DNA of 64,000 bases from Acutalibacteraceae bacterium. GTDB lineage: Bacteria > Bacillota > Clostridia > Oscillospirales > Acutalibacteraceae. Below are positions 48,389 through 57,126 of this stretch, piece after piece (positions within the stretch are counted from its first letter, which is position 1; the number at the start of each line of letters is the position of its first letter). A program made the translations under genes and the position numbers. Below the pieces are notes generated by a model that was not told where the DNA came from, did no database searches, and saw nothing but the letters and a program-made list of their open reading frames with translations. Location: contig JAZNOE010000013.1 of NCBI GenBank assembly GCA_045580625.1, positions 66,913-130,912 on the forward strand, written 5' to 3'.

Positions 48389-49393
48389 ATGAAAAAAGTT
48401 TTGTTTGGCGAAAAAAAGAATTTTTATAAGGCTAATATGCATTGCCATAGTTCCTTGTCTGATGGTCGCCTTACTCCCGAACAATTAAAGGACCTTTATA
48501 AGTCTAAAGGTTATAGTATTCTTGCTATAACCGATCATGAGCATCTTAATAATAATTCTTACCTTGATGACAGTGATTTTCTTACAATTACCAGCTGTGA
48601 AGTGGCTATTAAAGAATTTCAGAATGAATCAACCCTTAAAAATTTTAATATGAAGGTTTGTCATTTGAATTTTTATGCTAAGGAACAGAATAACGTTTAT
48701 AACTTTTTTTATAATTCAAGTTATGACCATTTTTCAGATGTTGAAAGACGTCCATTCTTTAAAAAGCCCGAAAAGGATGTTGAAAGAACTTACGGCGGTG
48801 AAGGTATTAATAAGCTTATAAAGCTTGCAAATGATAACGGCTTTTTCGTAGCTTATAATCATCCCCGTTGGTCTTTGGAAAATTACCGCGAATATTCAAA
48901 GTATGAAGGCCTTTGGGGTGTTGAGGTTTATAACAGCAGTTGTAATATCGGCGGTCTTTATGAATATGATATAAACGTTTATGATGATATGCTTCGTGAC
49001 GGAAAAAGACTTTTTGCTTCTTCTGGCGATGACAACCATAACAGAGTGGATGATTCTTGCGGTACTTTTGTAATGGTAAATGCCGACTGTCTTGAATATT
49101 CGGAAGTTATTAATGCCTTGTTAAACGGTGATTTTTATACCTCTACCGGTCCCGAAATTAACGAAATTTCAATTGAGGACGGTAAGGTAGAAATTAATTG
49201 CAGTAATGCAAAAAGAATCAGTTATTCTACTATGGGCAGAAGAAGTAAAAGCGTTAACGCAAATAAAAACGAATTTTTAAATAGTGCAGTTTTTGAAATT
49301 AAGGACACAGACGGCTATTTCAGAATTTCTGTTTTAGATGAGTTTGGCAATTGTGCCGATTCACAAGCTTATTTTTTAGATGATATTATTTAG
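48389..49393 (+). CDS. PHP-domain metal-dependent phosphoesterase
   Basis: MHCHSSLSDG and ITDHEH motifs. ATG at 48389. Confidence 0.7.
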   Translation: MKKVLFGEKKNFYKANMHCHSSLSDGRLTPEQLKDLYKSKGYSILAITDHEHLNNNSYLDDSDFLTITSCEVAIKEFQNESTLKNFNMKVCHLNFYAKEQNNVYNFFYNSSYDHFSDVERRPFFKKPEKDVERTYGGEGINKLIKLANDNGFFVAYNHPRWSLENYREYSKYEGLWGVEVYNSSCNIGGLYEYDINVYDDMLRDGKRLFASSGDDNHNRVDDSCGTFVMVNADCLEYSEVINALLNGDFYTSTGPEINEISIEDGKVEINCSNAKRISYSTMGRRSKSVNANKNEFLNSAVFEIKDTDGYFRISVLDEFGNCADSQAYFLDDII

Positions 49394-49401
49394 GTGATTT
49401 A

Positions 49402-50313
49402 ATGGGTTTATTCAGTAAAATTAAACAAGGCTTGCAAAAGACAAGAAACTCAATTGCAAGCGGTGTTACAAGCATTATAAACAGCTTTACAAAAATTGAT
49501 GAAGAGCTTTTTGAAGAGCTCGAAGAAATGCTTGTTATGTCGGATATCGGTGTTAATACTGCAACCGAAATTTGCGATATGTTGCGCAAAAAAATCAAAG
49601 AGCAGGGTATAACCGACCCGAACGTTATTAAAAATTTAATGAAAGAAATTATTGCCGAAATGCTTGGCGAGGATGAAGGCTTAAAGCTTGAAACGAAGCC
49701 GTCGGTTATTTTGGTAATCGGTGTAAACGGTGCCGGTAAAACAACCACCATCGGCAAGCTTTCTTCTATCTTAAAGTCACAGGGCAAAAACGTTGTTTTG
49801 GGTGCGGCAGATACCTTCCGTGCTGCTGCTATTGACCAGCTTGCTGTCTGGGCAGAACGCTCTGGTGTGACAATGGTCAAGAGTGTTGAAGGCACAGACC
49901 CTGCATCCGTTGTGTTTGATACAATTGCGTCTGCCAAATCAAAGGGTGCAGACGTTATTATCTGTGACACCGCAGGTCGTCTTCATAATAAGAAAAATCT
50001 TATGGATGAGCTTGCAAAAATTAACCGCGTAATTAATAGGGAATTGCCCGATGCTTCGGTTGAAACCTTACTTGTTTTAGATGCCGCGACAGGTCAAAAT
50101 GCTGTTAACCAGGCTCGTGAATTCAAGAATGTTACCAATATTACAGGCATCGTTTTAACCAAGCTTGACGGTACAGCAAAGGGCGGTATAATTATTCCTA
50201 TTAAGAACGAGCTTAAAATTCCCGTTAAGTTTGTCGGTGTGGGTGAAGGCATTGATGATTTGCAGCCCTTTAACGCCAATGAATTTGTAAACGGTATTTT
50301 TGATGAGGCATAA
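49402..50313 (+). CDS. ftsY: Signal recognition particle receptor FtsY (short form)
   Basis: NG domain with GVNGAGKTTT, DTAGR and TKLDGTAKGG. Confidence 0.95.
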   Translation: MGLFSKIKQGLQKTRNSIASGVTSIINSFTKIDEELFEELEEMLVMSDIGVNTATEICDMLRKKIKEQGITDPNVIKNLMKEIIAEMLGEDEGLKLETKPSVILVIGVNGAGKTTTIGKLSSILKSQGKNVVLGAADTFRAAAIDQLAVWAERSGVTMVKSVEGTDPASVVFDTIASAKSKGADVIICDTAGRLHNKKNLMDELAKINRVINRELPDASVETLLVLDAATGQNAVNQAREFKNVTNITGIVLTKLDGTAKGGIIIPIKNELKIPVKFVGVGEGIDDLQPFNANEFVNGIFDEA

Positions 50314-50315
50314 TA

Positions 50316-50912
50316 ATGAAAATATTTATTGCTACCAAAAATCAAAAAAAGCTTAAGGAATTAAAGCGAATTTTAATTCCAATGGGTTTTGACGTTTTGT
50401 GTGAATCTGATCTTGATTTTGCGTTTAAGGATGCTGTTGAAGACGGTGAGACTTTTGCCGAAAATGCACTTATCAAGGCAAAATCGGGTTTAGAGCAAAC
50501 GGGGTATATAACCGTTGCTGATGATAGTGGTCTTTGTGTAGATTATTTAAACGGCGATCCGGGAATTTATTCGGCGCGTTATGCCGGCAAGCATGGCAAC
50601 AGCGATATGAATAACGATAAATTACTTGCCGAGCTTCAGGATGTACCTATGGATAAACGCACTGCCCATTTTACTTGTGTGGTGGCTTGTGTTTTTCCCG
50701 ATGGCAGACAGTTTACGGTAAGCGGAGAATGTCACGGTCACATTGCCTTTGAAAGACAAACAGGAAGCGGCGGTTTTGGTTATGACCCGCTGTTTATTAG
50801 CGAAAAAGGACCGTTTAGTCAATTAACTGATGACGAAAAGGATGAAATCAGTCACCGTGGCAAAGCTTTAAAAAAATTTAAAGAAGAACTTAAAAAATAT
50901 ATAGAGGATTAA
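50316..50912 (+). CDS. rdgB: dITP/XTP pyrophosphatase (RdgB/HAM1 family)
   Basis: ATKNQKKLKE, FGYDP and SHRG motifs. Confidence 0.9.
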   Translation: MKIFIATKNQKKLKELKRILIPMGFDVLCESDLDFAFKDAVEDGETFAENALIKAKSGLEQTGYITVADDSGLCVDYLNGDPGIYSARYAGKHGNSDMNNDKLLAELQDVPMDKRTAHFTCVVACVFPDGRQFTVSGECHGHIAFERQTGSGGFGYDPLFISEKGPFSQLTDDEKDEISHRGKALKKFKEELKKYIED

Positions 50913-50914
50913 AT

Positions 50915-51208
50915 ATGTTAAACAGTAGACAAAGAGCACAGCTTCGCGGTATGGCGAACGATTATGAAACAATTTTACAGATAGGCAAATCGGGTATAAG
51001 CGAAAATACAATAAAGCAGGTAAACGATGCTTTAGAGGCACGTGAGCTTATTAAACTTCGTGTTTTGGAGACTTGCCCGCTTAACTCACGCGCTGCCGCT
51101 GATGAGCTTGCAATGGCAGTTAAATGTGATGTTGTGCAGGTTATTGGCTCGCGCTTTATTCTATACCGCGAAAGTAAAGATAATAAAACAATTAAATTGG
51201 TGAAATAA
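50915..51208 (+). CDS. yhbY: CRM-domain RNA-binding protein YhbY
   Basis: 97 aa, with the pattern QRAQLRGMAN..LQIGKSG..ELIK. Confidence 0.88.
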   Translation: MLNSRQRAQLRGMANDYETILQIGKSGISENTIKQVNDALEARELIKLRVLETCPLNSRAAADELAMAVKCDVVQVIGSRFILYRESKDNKTIKLVK

Positions 51209-51210
51209 TT

Positions 51211-51798
51211 ATGTCACTTACTGCAATTTTTGGCGGAACCTTTAATCCGTTTCATAACGGACACTATGAAATGCTATCCGCCTTGAACAAAAGTGATAAA
51301 GTATCAGAAATTTTAATAATGCCTGATAAAATTCCACCGCACAAATCGGCAGATTCTTTGGTCGGTGATAATGACCGCTTTAATATGTGCAAAATTGCCG
51401 CTGATGATTTTTCAAAGGCCGAGGTTTGTGACATTGAATTTAAACGTCAAGGCAAAAGCTATACCTATGATACAATAAAGCTTTTGCAGGACCATTACCC
51501 CGATAAGAATTTTGCTTTCGTTTGCGGTGGTGATATGCTTGTTTATTTTGATAAATGGTATAAATATGACGAGCTTATGAAAATGCTTCCGTTTATTGTT
51601 TTTTCACGCAATTCTACAAAAAATAGTGAATTTACGGAATGTGTTGAAAGATTCAGAAAAATGGGTATGCAGATAATTCTTATGGATGATGAAATACCTG
51701 ATATCTCTTCAACCGATTTCAGAAATTCACTTGCGAAAGAATTATTGCCTGCAAAAATTTTTGATTATATTAAAGAAAGGGGACTTTACGGTGTATGA
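51211..51798 (+). CDS. nadD: Nicotinate-nucleotide adenylyltransferase
   Basis: GGTFNPFHNGH motif. Confidence 0.92.
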   Translation: MSLTAIFGGTFNPFHNGHYEMLSALNKSDKVSEILIMPDKIPPHKSADSLVGDNDRFNMCKIAADDFSKAEVCDIEFKRQGKSYTYDTIKLLQDHYPDKNFAFVCGGDMLVYFDKWYKYDELMKMLPFIVFSRNSTKNSEFTECVERFRKMGMQIILMDDEIPDISSTDFRNSLAKELLPAKIFDYIKERGLYGV

Positions 51799-52351
51799 GC
51801 AATATATTGAACTATTAAAGTCCCGACTTGATGAATATAGATTTTATCATTCGCTTTGTGTGGCGGATGAGGCGAAGCGTTTAGCAGAGAAATATGGCGC
51901 AGATACCGAAAAAGCTTATCTTGCAGGTCTGCTTCATGATATTACAAAAAATGCTTCAACAGAAGAACACTTGAAAATCTTTTCACAGTTTGGTATAATG
52001 CTAAACGATATAGAAAAAAATGCAAAAAAGCTGTGGCACGCAATGTCTGGTGCGGCTTATATAGAGCGCGTTTTTAAAATAAGTGATGCAGAAATAATTT
52101 CGGCTGTACGGTATCATACCACAGCAAAGGCGGATATGACACTGCTTGAAAAAATTATTTATCTGGCAGACTTTACTTCTCTTGACCGCAATTATGATGA
52201 TGTTTCGGTTATAAGACAGTATGTGGATGAATCGCTTGATAAAGCCTTTGTCTATGCACTTCAATTTTCAATTTGTGATTTAGTTAAAAATGAAAAACGC
52301 GTTCATTTAGATACACTTAATGCCTATAATCAGGCTGTAGGAGGAAAATAA
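51791..52351 (+). CDS. yqeK: HD-domain bis(5'-nucleosyl)-tetraphosphatase YqeK
   Basis: HS..VA and GLLHDITK HD motifs. I prefer the GTG at 51791, which overlaps the nadD end by 8 nt. Confidence 0.85.
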   Translation: MYEQYIELLKSRLDEYRFYHSLCVADEAKRLAEKYGADTEKAYLAGLLHDITKNASTEEHLKIFSQFGIMLNDIEKNAKKLWHAMSGAAYIERVFKISDAEIISAVRYHTTAKADMTLLEKIIYLADFTSLDRNYDDVSVIRQYVDESLDKAFVYALQFSICDLVKNEKRVHLDTLNAYNQAVGGK

Positions 52352-52353
52352 AT

Positions 52354-52719
52354 TTGGATTCATTTGAAATTGTAAAGGTTGCGGCAAACGCACTTAACAG
52401 CAAAAAGGCGAGAGAGCTTTCTGCCGTTAAGGTTAGCGAGCTTACCGTTTTGACCGAATATTTTGTTATTGCAACTGCAACGTCTTCAACACACGTTCGT
52501 GCACTTGCTGATGAGGTTGAAACAAAGCTTGAGGAAGCGGGTCTTCGTCCGCATCATATTGAAGGTAAAACTACCGGTTGGATAGCGCTTGACTATGAAT
52601 CGGTTATTGTTCACGTATTTTCACGTCAGGATCGTGAATTTTACGGACTTGATAAAATGTGGGCAGATGCGCCTGCAGTTAATTTGGATGAAATTTTAGT
52701 AGAAGCTTTGGGGGACTAA
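52354..52719 (+). CDS. rsfS: Ribosome silencing factor RsfS
   Basis: Iojap-like, 121 aa ([32 protein letters not shown]). TTG start. Confidence 0.9.
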   Translation: MDSFEIVKVAANALNSKKARELSAVKVSELTVLTEYFVIATATSSTHVRALADEVETKLEEAGLRPHHIEGKTTGWIALDYESVIVHVFSRQDREFYGLDKMWADAPAVNLDEILVEALGD

Positions 52720-52723
52720 AAAA

Positions 52724-55138
52724 GTGGCTAATAATTACGATTATTCTAAAATTGAAAAGAAATGGCAAGACAAATGGGATGATAACCATACCTTTGAAGC
52801 CAAAAACGATTATACCTTACCGAAGTTTTTCGGCCTTGTTGAATTTCCGTATCCGTCGGCGCAGGGTCTTCACGTAGGGCATCCGCGTTCTTATACGGCA
52901 ATTGACATTGTTGCTCGTAAAAAGCGTTTGCAGGGCTTTAACGTGCTTTATCCTATGGGTTGGGATGCTTTCGGTCTTCCTACCGAAAACTTCGCAATTA
53001 AAAATCATATTCATCCTGCAATTGTTACCGAAAATAACGTTGCAAACTTTAAAAAGCAGTTAAAGTCACTTGGCTTTTCATTTGACTGGAGCCGCGAAAT
53101 CAACACCACCGACCCGTCTTATTATAAATGGACACAGTGGATCTTCTTACAGCTTTTCAAGGAAGGTCTTGCTTATAAAAAGGAAATGTCGGTTAACTGG
53201 TGTACCTCTTGTAAGTGCGTTTTAGCAAATGAAGAGGTTGTAAACGGTGTTTGTGAACGCTGCGGCAGCGAAGTTATTCAAAAGGAAAAAAGCCAGTGGA
53301 TGCTTAAAATTACTGAATATGCCGAAAAGCTTCTCGACGGTCTTAACGACGTTGATTTTATTGAACGCGTAAAGACTCAGCAGCGCAACTGGATCGGCCG
53401 TTCTTACGGTACACAGGTTACCTTTAATACCACAATAGGTGATACCTTTGAAATATTTACCACCCGTGCCGATACACTTTTCGGTGCAACCTATATGGTA
53501 ATGTCACCCGAACACCCCTTACTTAAAAAATGGGCTGATAAGATTGAAAACTATGATGAGGTTGTCGCTTATCAAGAACAGTCTGCAAAGAAGTCTGACT
53601 TCGAACGTACCGAGCTTGCAAAGGATAAAACCGGTGTTAAGCTTTTAGGTGTTAAGGCTATTAACCCCGTTAACAATACCGAAATTCCGATTTTTATTTC
53701 AGACTACGTACTTATTTCTTACGGCACAGGCGCTATTATGGCTGTGCCCGCACACGACACCCGCGACTGGGAATTTGCTAAAAAGTTTGATTTGCCGATA
53801 ATTGAAGTTGTTGCAGGCGGTGAAGACGTTCAGAAGGAAGCATTTACCGACTGTGCAACAGGTGTTTTGGTTAACTCGGATTTCCTCAACGGCTTATCTG
53901 TTGAAGATGCCAAGAAGAAAATTCAGGAATGGTTAACCGAAAAGGGAATAGGCAGTGTTAAGACAAACTATAAGCTTCGTGACTGGGTATTCTCACGTCA
54001 GCGTTATTGGGGCGAGCCTATCCCTATGGTTTACTGCGAAAAGTGCGGTTACGTTCCGCTTCCCGAAAGCGAATTACCCTTACTTTTGCCCAATGTTGAA
54101 TCTTATGAGCCTACCGACAACGGTGAATCACCCTTGGCTAAGATGACCGACTGGGTAAATACTACTTGTCCTCATTGCGGTGCACCTGCAAAGCGCGAAA
54201 CCGACACAATGCCTCAATGGGCAGGCTCTTCCTGGTATTTCTTGCGTTATTGTGACCCGCATAACGATAAGGAATTTGCCTCAAAAGAAGCATTAGAATA
54301 TTGGTGTCCTGTTGACTGGTATAACGGCGGTATGGAGCATACAACACTCCACCTTTTATACAGCCGTTTCTGGCATAAATTCCTTTATGACATTGACGCT
54401 GTTCCTAATGCTGAGCCTTACGCAAAGCGTACAAGCCACGGTATGATTTTGGGTGAAAACGGCGAAAAGATGTCAAAGTCTCGCGGCAACGTTGTTAATC
54501 CCGATGATATCATTAAGGATTACGGCGCAGACACAATGCGTGTTTATGAAATGTTTATCGGTGACTTTGAAAAGGCAGCACCTTGGAGTATGTCTTCAAT
54601 TAAGGGTAGCAAGCGTTTTCTTGATAAGGTTTGGGCAATGCAGGACATTTTAACCGATGAAAAGGGTTACAGACCTGCTATTGAAGCCGAAATGCACCGC
54701 ACTATTAAAAAGGTTACCGAAGACATCGAAGGCCTTAAGATGAATACCGCAATTGCGGCTCTTATGTCGCTTATGAATACCATCAACGCAAGTGGCAGTG
54801 TTACTAAGGATGAATATAAAACCTTTATTATTCTTCTTAATCCTTTTGCACCGCACATTACCGAAGAGCTTTGGGAAATCTGCGGCTTTGACGGTATGCT
54901 TAACCAGACTCAGTGGCCCACGTTTGATGAAGCTAAATGTGTTGACGCTACAGTTGAAATTGTTGTTCAGATTAACGGTAAAATCCGTGCACGTTTAAAC
55001 GTTGCGGCAGACATTTCTGCACCTGATGCAATCGCGCTTGCCAAGTCAGAAGAAGCAATTATTTCTGAAATTTCGGGCAAAACCGTGGTTAAAGAATTAT
55101 ACGTTCCTAAAAAGCTTGTAAATATTGTTGTAAAATAA
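52724..55138 (+). CDS. leuS: Leucine--tRNA ligase
   Basis: HIGH-type motif [13 protein letters not shown] motif, a CP1 editing domain and a zinc motif CxxC..CxxC. GTG start. Confidence 0.97.
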   Translation: MANNYDYSKIEKKWQDKWDDNHTFEAKNDYTLPKFFGLVEFPYPSAQGLHVGHPRSYTAIDIVARKKRLQGFNVLYPMGWDAFGLPTENFAIKNHIHPAIVTENNVANFKKQLKSLGFSFDWSREINTTDPSYYKWTQWIFLQLFKEGLAYKKEMSVNWCTSCKCVLANEEVVNGVCERCGSEVIQKEKSQWMLKITEYAEKLLDGLNDVDFIERVKTQQRNWIGRSYGTQVTFNTTIGDTFEIFTTRADTLFGATYMVMSPEHPLLKKWADKIENYDEVVAYQEQSAKKSDFERTELAKDKTGVKLLGVKAINPVNNTEIPIFISDYVLISYGTGAIMAVPAHDTRDWEFAKKFDLPIIEVVAGGEDVQKEAFTDCATGVLVNSDFLNGLSVEDAKKKIQEWLTEKGIGSVKTNYKLRDWVFSRQRYWGEPIPMVYCEKCGYVPLPESELPLLLPNVESYEPTDNGESPLAKMTDWVNTTCPHCGAPAKRETDTMPQWAGSSWYFLRYCDPHNDKEFASKEALEYWCPVDWYNGGMEHTTLHLLYSRFWHKFLYDIDAVPNAEPYAKRTSHGMILGENGEKMSKSRGNVVNPDDIIKDYGADTMRVYEMFIGDFEKAAPWSMSSIKGSKRFLDKVWAMQDILTDEKGYRPAIEAEMHRTIKKVTEDIEGLKMNTAIAALMSLMNTINASGSVTKDEYKTFIILLNPFAPHITEELWEICGFDGMLNQTQWPTFDEAKCVDATVEIVVQINGKIRARLNVAADISAPDAIALAKSEEAIISEISGKTVVKELYVPKKLVNIVVK

Positions 55139-55159
55139 CTCATTATTTAAAAATTTTTG

Positions 55160-55188
55160 TTGCATTTTCTTGTAATGTGTGTTATTAT
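55160..55188 (+). promoter_or_regulatory. Candidate sigma-A promoter (extended -10) of secG
   Basis: TTGCAT (55160-55165), 17-nt spacer, TGtTATTAT (55180-55188). Confidence 0.45.
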
Positions 55189-55221
55189 ATAAAATGCTTA
55201 TTTATCATTGGAGGTGAAAAT

Positions 55222-55470
55222 ATGGGCGCACTTGAATATATCGTTGGCGCAGTGGTTATTTTGGTATCATTGGCAATTATTTTTATTGTCCTTTTCCAAC
55301 AGGGCCGTCGTGCCGGTATTAACGGCGTTATCTCCGGTGGTGCTGATACTTTCTTGTCTAAAACCAAGGCGAGAACATGGGATGCAAGATTAGCTCGTAT
55401 GACTAAATACTTTGCTATTGCTTTCTTTGTATTGGCAATTGTTGCAAACATCATTGCACTTAATCAGTAA
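55222..55470 (+). CDS. secG: Preprotein translocase subunit SecG
   Basis: 82 aa with two TM segments and LFQQGRRAGINGVISGG. ATG at 55222 after GGAGGTG. Confidence 0.88.
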   Translation: MGALEYIVGAVVILVSLAIIFIVLFQQGRRAGINGVISGGADTFLSKTKARTWDARLARMTKYFAIAFFVLAIVANIIALNQ

Positions 55471-55533
55471 AAAGGTTTTCCTTTTAACTAATAAAAATTT
55501 ACCCCTGCTATTTTGGTGGAGGGAGGGAATATA

Positions 55534-55710
55534 ATGAGTCAAGTTAGAATTAAAGAAAATGAATCACTCGATAACGCTTTACGTCGCTTTAAGAGACAAA
55601 CCGCTAAAGACGGTGTAATTCAGGAAGTACGTAAGAGAGAACACTATGAAAAACCCTCTGTAAAGCGTAAGAAGAAGTCGGAAGCTGCTCGTAAAAGAAA
55701 GTTCCGCTAA
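55534..55710 (+). CDS. rpsU: 30S ribosomal protein S21
   Basis: [22 protein letters not shown]..., 58 aa. Confidence 0.95.
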   Translation: MSQVRIKENESLDNALRRFKRQTAKDGVIQEVRKREHYEKPSVKRKKKSEAARKRKFR

Positions 55711-55721
55711 TATTAAGTGAT

Positions 55722-55750
55722 AAAGGCGGTTGGTTTCAACCGCCTTTTTT
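55722..55750 (+). terminator. Intrinsic terminator
   Basis: AAAGGCGGTTG / CAACCGCCTTT hairpin followed by a T-run. Confidence 0.85.
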
Positions 55751-55764
55751 ATTGAGGTATGTAA

Positions 55765-56265
55765 ATGTTTTTAAGACCTGAAATTAAACTTGAAAAAGTT
55801 ACTGATATAACAATTGAAATTTTAAATAAATACGGCATCAAGGCTTTAATTCTTGATGTCGATAATACGCTTTCCACACATCACGGTCAGGTTTTGACTG
55901 ACGGTCTTTCCGAATGGCTTGATAATATGCGTGAAAACGGCATTAAAATGACCGTGTTATCAAATTCAAACTCAAAGCGTTTAACACCCTTTGCGAAGAA
56001 AATCGGGCTTGATTTTATAAGTCTTGGCCTTAAACCTTTGCCGTTTGGTTATTTTCGCGCCTTAAAGCGTTTGGGTACTGACAAAAAGGTGACCGCAATT
56101 GTTGGTGACCAGCTTTTTACTGACACAATGGGTGGAAATTTTGTGGGTGTGCATACCATTTTATTAACTCCCATTAAACCCGAAACTTCACTACGTTTTC
56201 GTATGAAGCGCAGAGTTGAACGTTTTTTGATCAAAAAGCTTAATATTGTTAATACGGAGGAATAA
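55765..56265 (+). CDS. yqeG: YqeG-family HAD-IIIA phosphatase
   Basis: LILDVDNTL, LSNS and GDQLFTD motifs. Confidence 0.85.
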   Translation: MFLRPEIKLEKVTDITIEILNKYGIKALILDVDNTLSTHHGQVLTDGLSEWLDNMRENGIKMTVLSNSNSKRLTPFAKKIGLDFISLGLKPLPFGYFRALKRLGTDKKVTAIVGDQLFTDTMGGNFVGVHTILLTPIKPETSLRFRMKRRVERFLIKKLNIVNTEE

Positions 56266-56266
56266 T

Positions 56267-57115
56267 ATGGCTGCAAAATTCGGTCCCGCAGGCACGGGTG
56301 ATGATTTTAAGGCAAAGGGTTTTAAATCAAGCCTTCAAGTGCCTGATTATCTTTTAAATATTGGTCTTGACCATTTTGAATATCAATGCGGCCGCGGTGT
56401 TAATATCGGCATTGAAAAGGCTCTTGAGCTTGGCAAAATTGCAAAAGAAAAGGGTATTTCAATTTCTCTTCACGCGCCATATTATATTTCAATGTCTTCG
56501 GTTGAAGAAGAAAAACGTCTTAATTCTGTTAATTATATACTTTCTTCAGCGCGCGCGGTAAAGGCAATGGGCGGTGACAGAATTATCGTTCACACCGGCT
56601 CTTGCGGTAAGATATCGCGTGAAGAAGCGCTTCGTCTTGCAATTGACACAATGAAGCTTTCACAAAAAGCGCTTGATGAAGAGGGTCTAACGGACATTCA
56701 TATCTGCCCCGAAACAATGGGTAAGGTTAATCAGCTTGGCACCCTTTATGAGGTGTTAGAGCTTTGTAAAATTGATGAAAGAATAATTCCTTGCATTGAT
56801 TTTGGTCATCTTAATGCGCGCGACTTGGGTGTTTTGAAAGCAAAGGAAGATTTTGAAAAAATATTATTAGAAATCAAAAACCAGTTAGGTGAAGAACGTT
56901 TTAAAAATTTCCATTCACATTTTTCAAAAATAGAGTACACAACAGGCGGGGAAAAACGCCATCTTACCTTTGAAGATACTGTTTTCGGTCCCGATTATCA
57001 GCCTGTGATGGAGCTTGTTAAAAAGTTTGATTTAAGCCCGATTTTTGTATGTGAATCAGCGGGCACACAGGCAGAGGATTCTAAAACAATGAAGGATTAT
57101 TATTTATCCCTTTAA
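56267..57115 (+). CDS. Xylose-isomerase-like TIM-barrel protein (AP endonuclease family 2-like)
   Basis: Metal-ligand pattern LHAPYY, VHTGS, PETMG, DFGH, HSHFS. ATG at 56267 after GGAGG. Confidence 0.65.
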   Translation: MAAKFGPAGTGDDFKAKGFKSSLQVPDYLLNIGLDHFEYQCGRGVNIGIEKALELGKIAKEKGISISLHAPYYISMSSVEEEKRLNSVNYILSSARAVKAMGGDRIIVHTGSCGKISREEALRLAIDTMKLSQKALDEEGLTDIHICPETMGKVNQLGTLYEVLELCKIDERIIPCIDFGHLNARDLGVLKAKEDFEKILLEIKNQLGEERFKNFHSHFSKIEYTTGGEKRHLTFEDTVFGPDYQPVMELVKKFDLSPIFVCESAGTQAEDSKTMKDYYLSL

Positions 57116-57126
57116 GGAGAGGTTTT

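Noticed and set aside
49386-49970. 194-aa ORF on the minus strand
   Set aside because: It is antisense to ftsY (NG domain with clear GTPase motifs). The translation is Ser/Ile/Thr-rich and there is no RBS. Shadow ORF.
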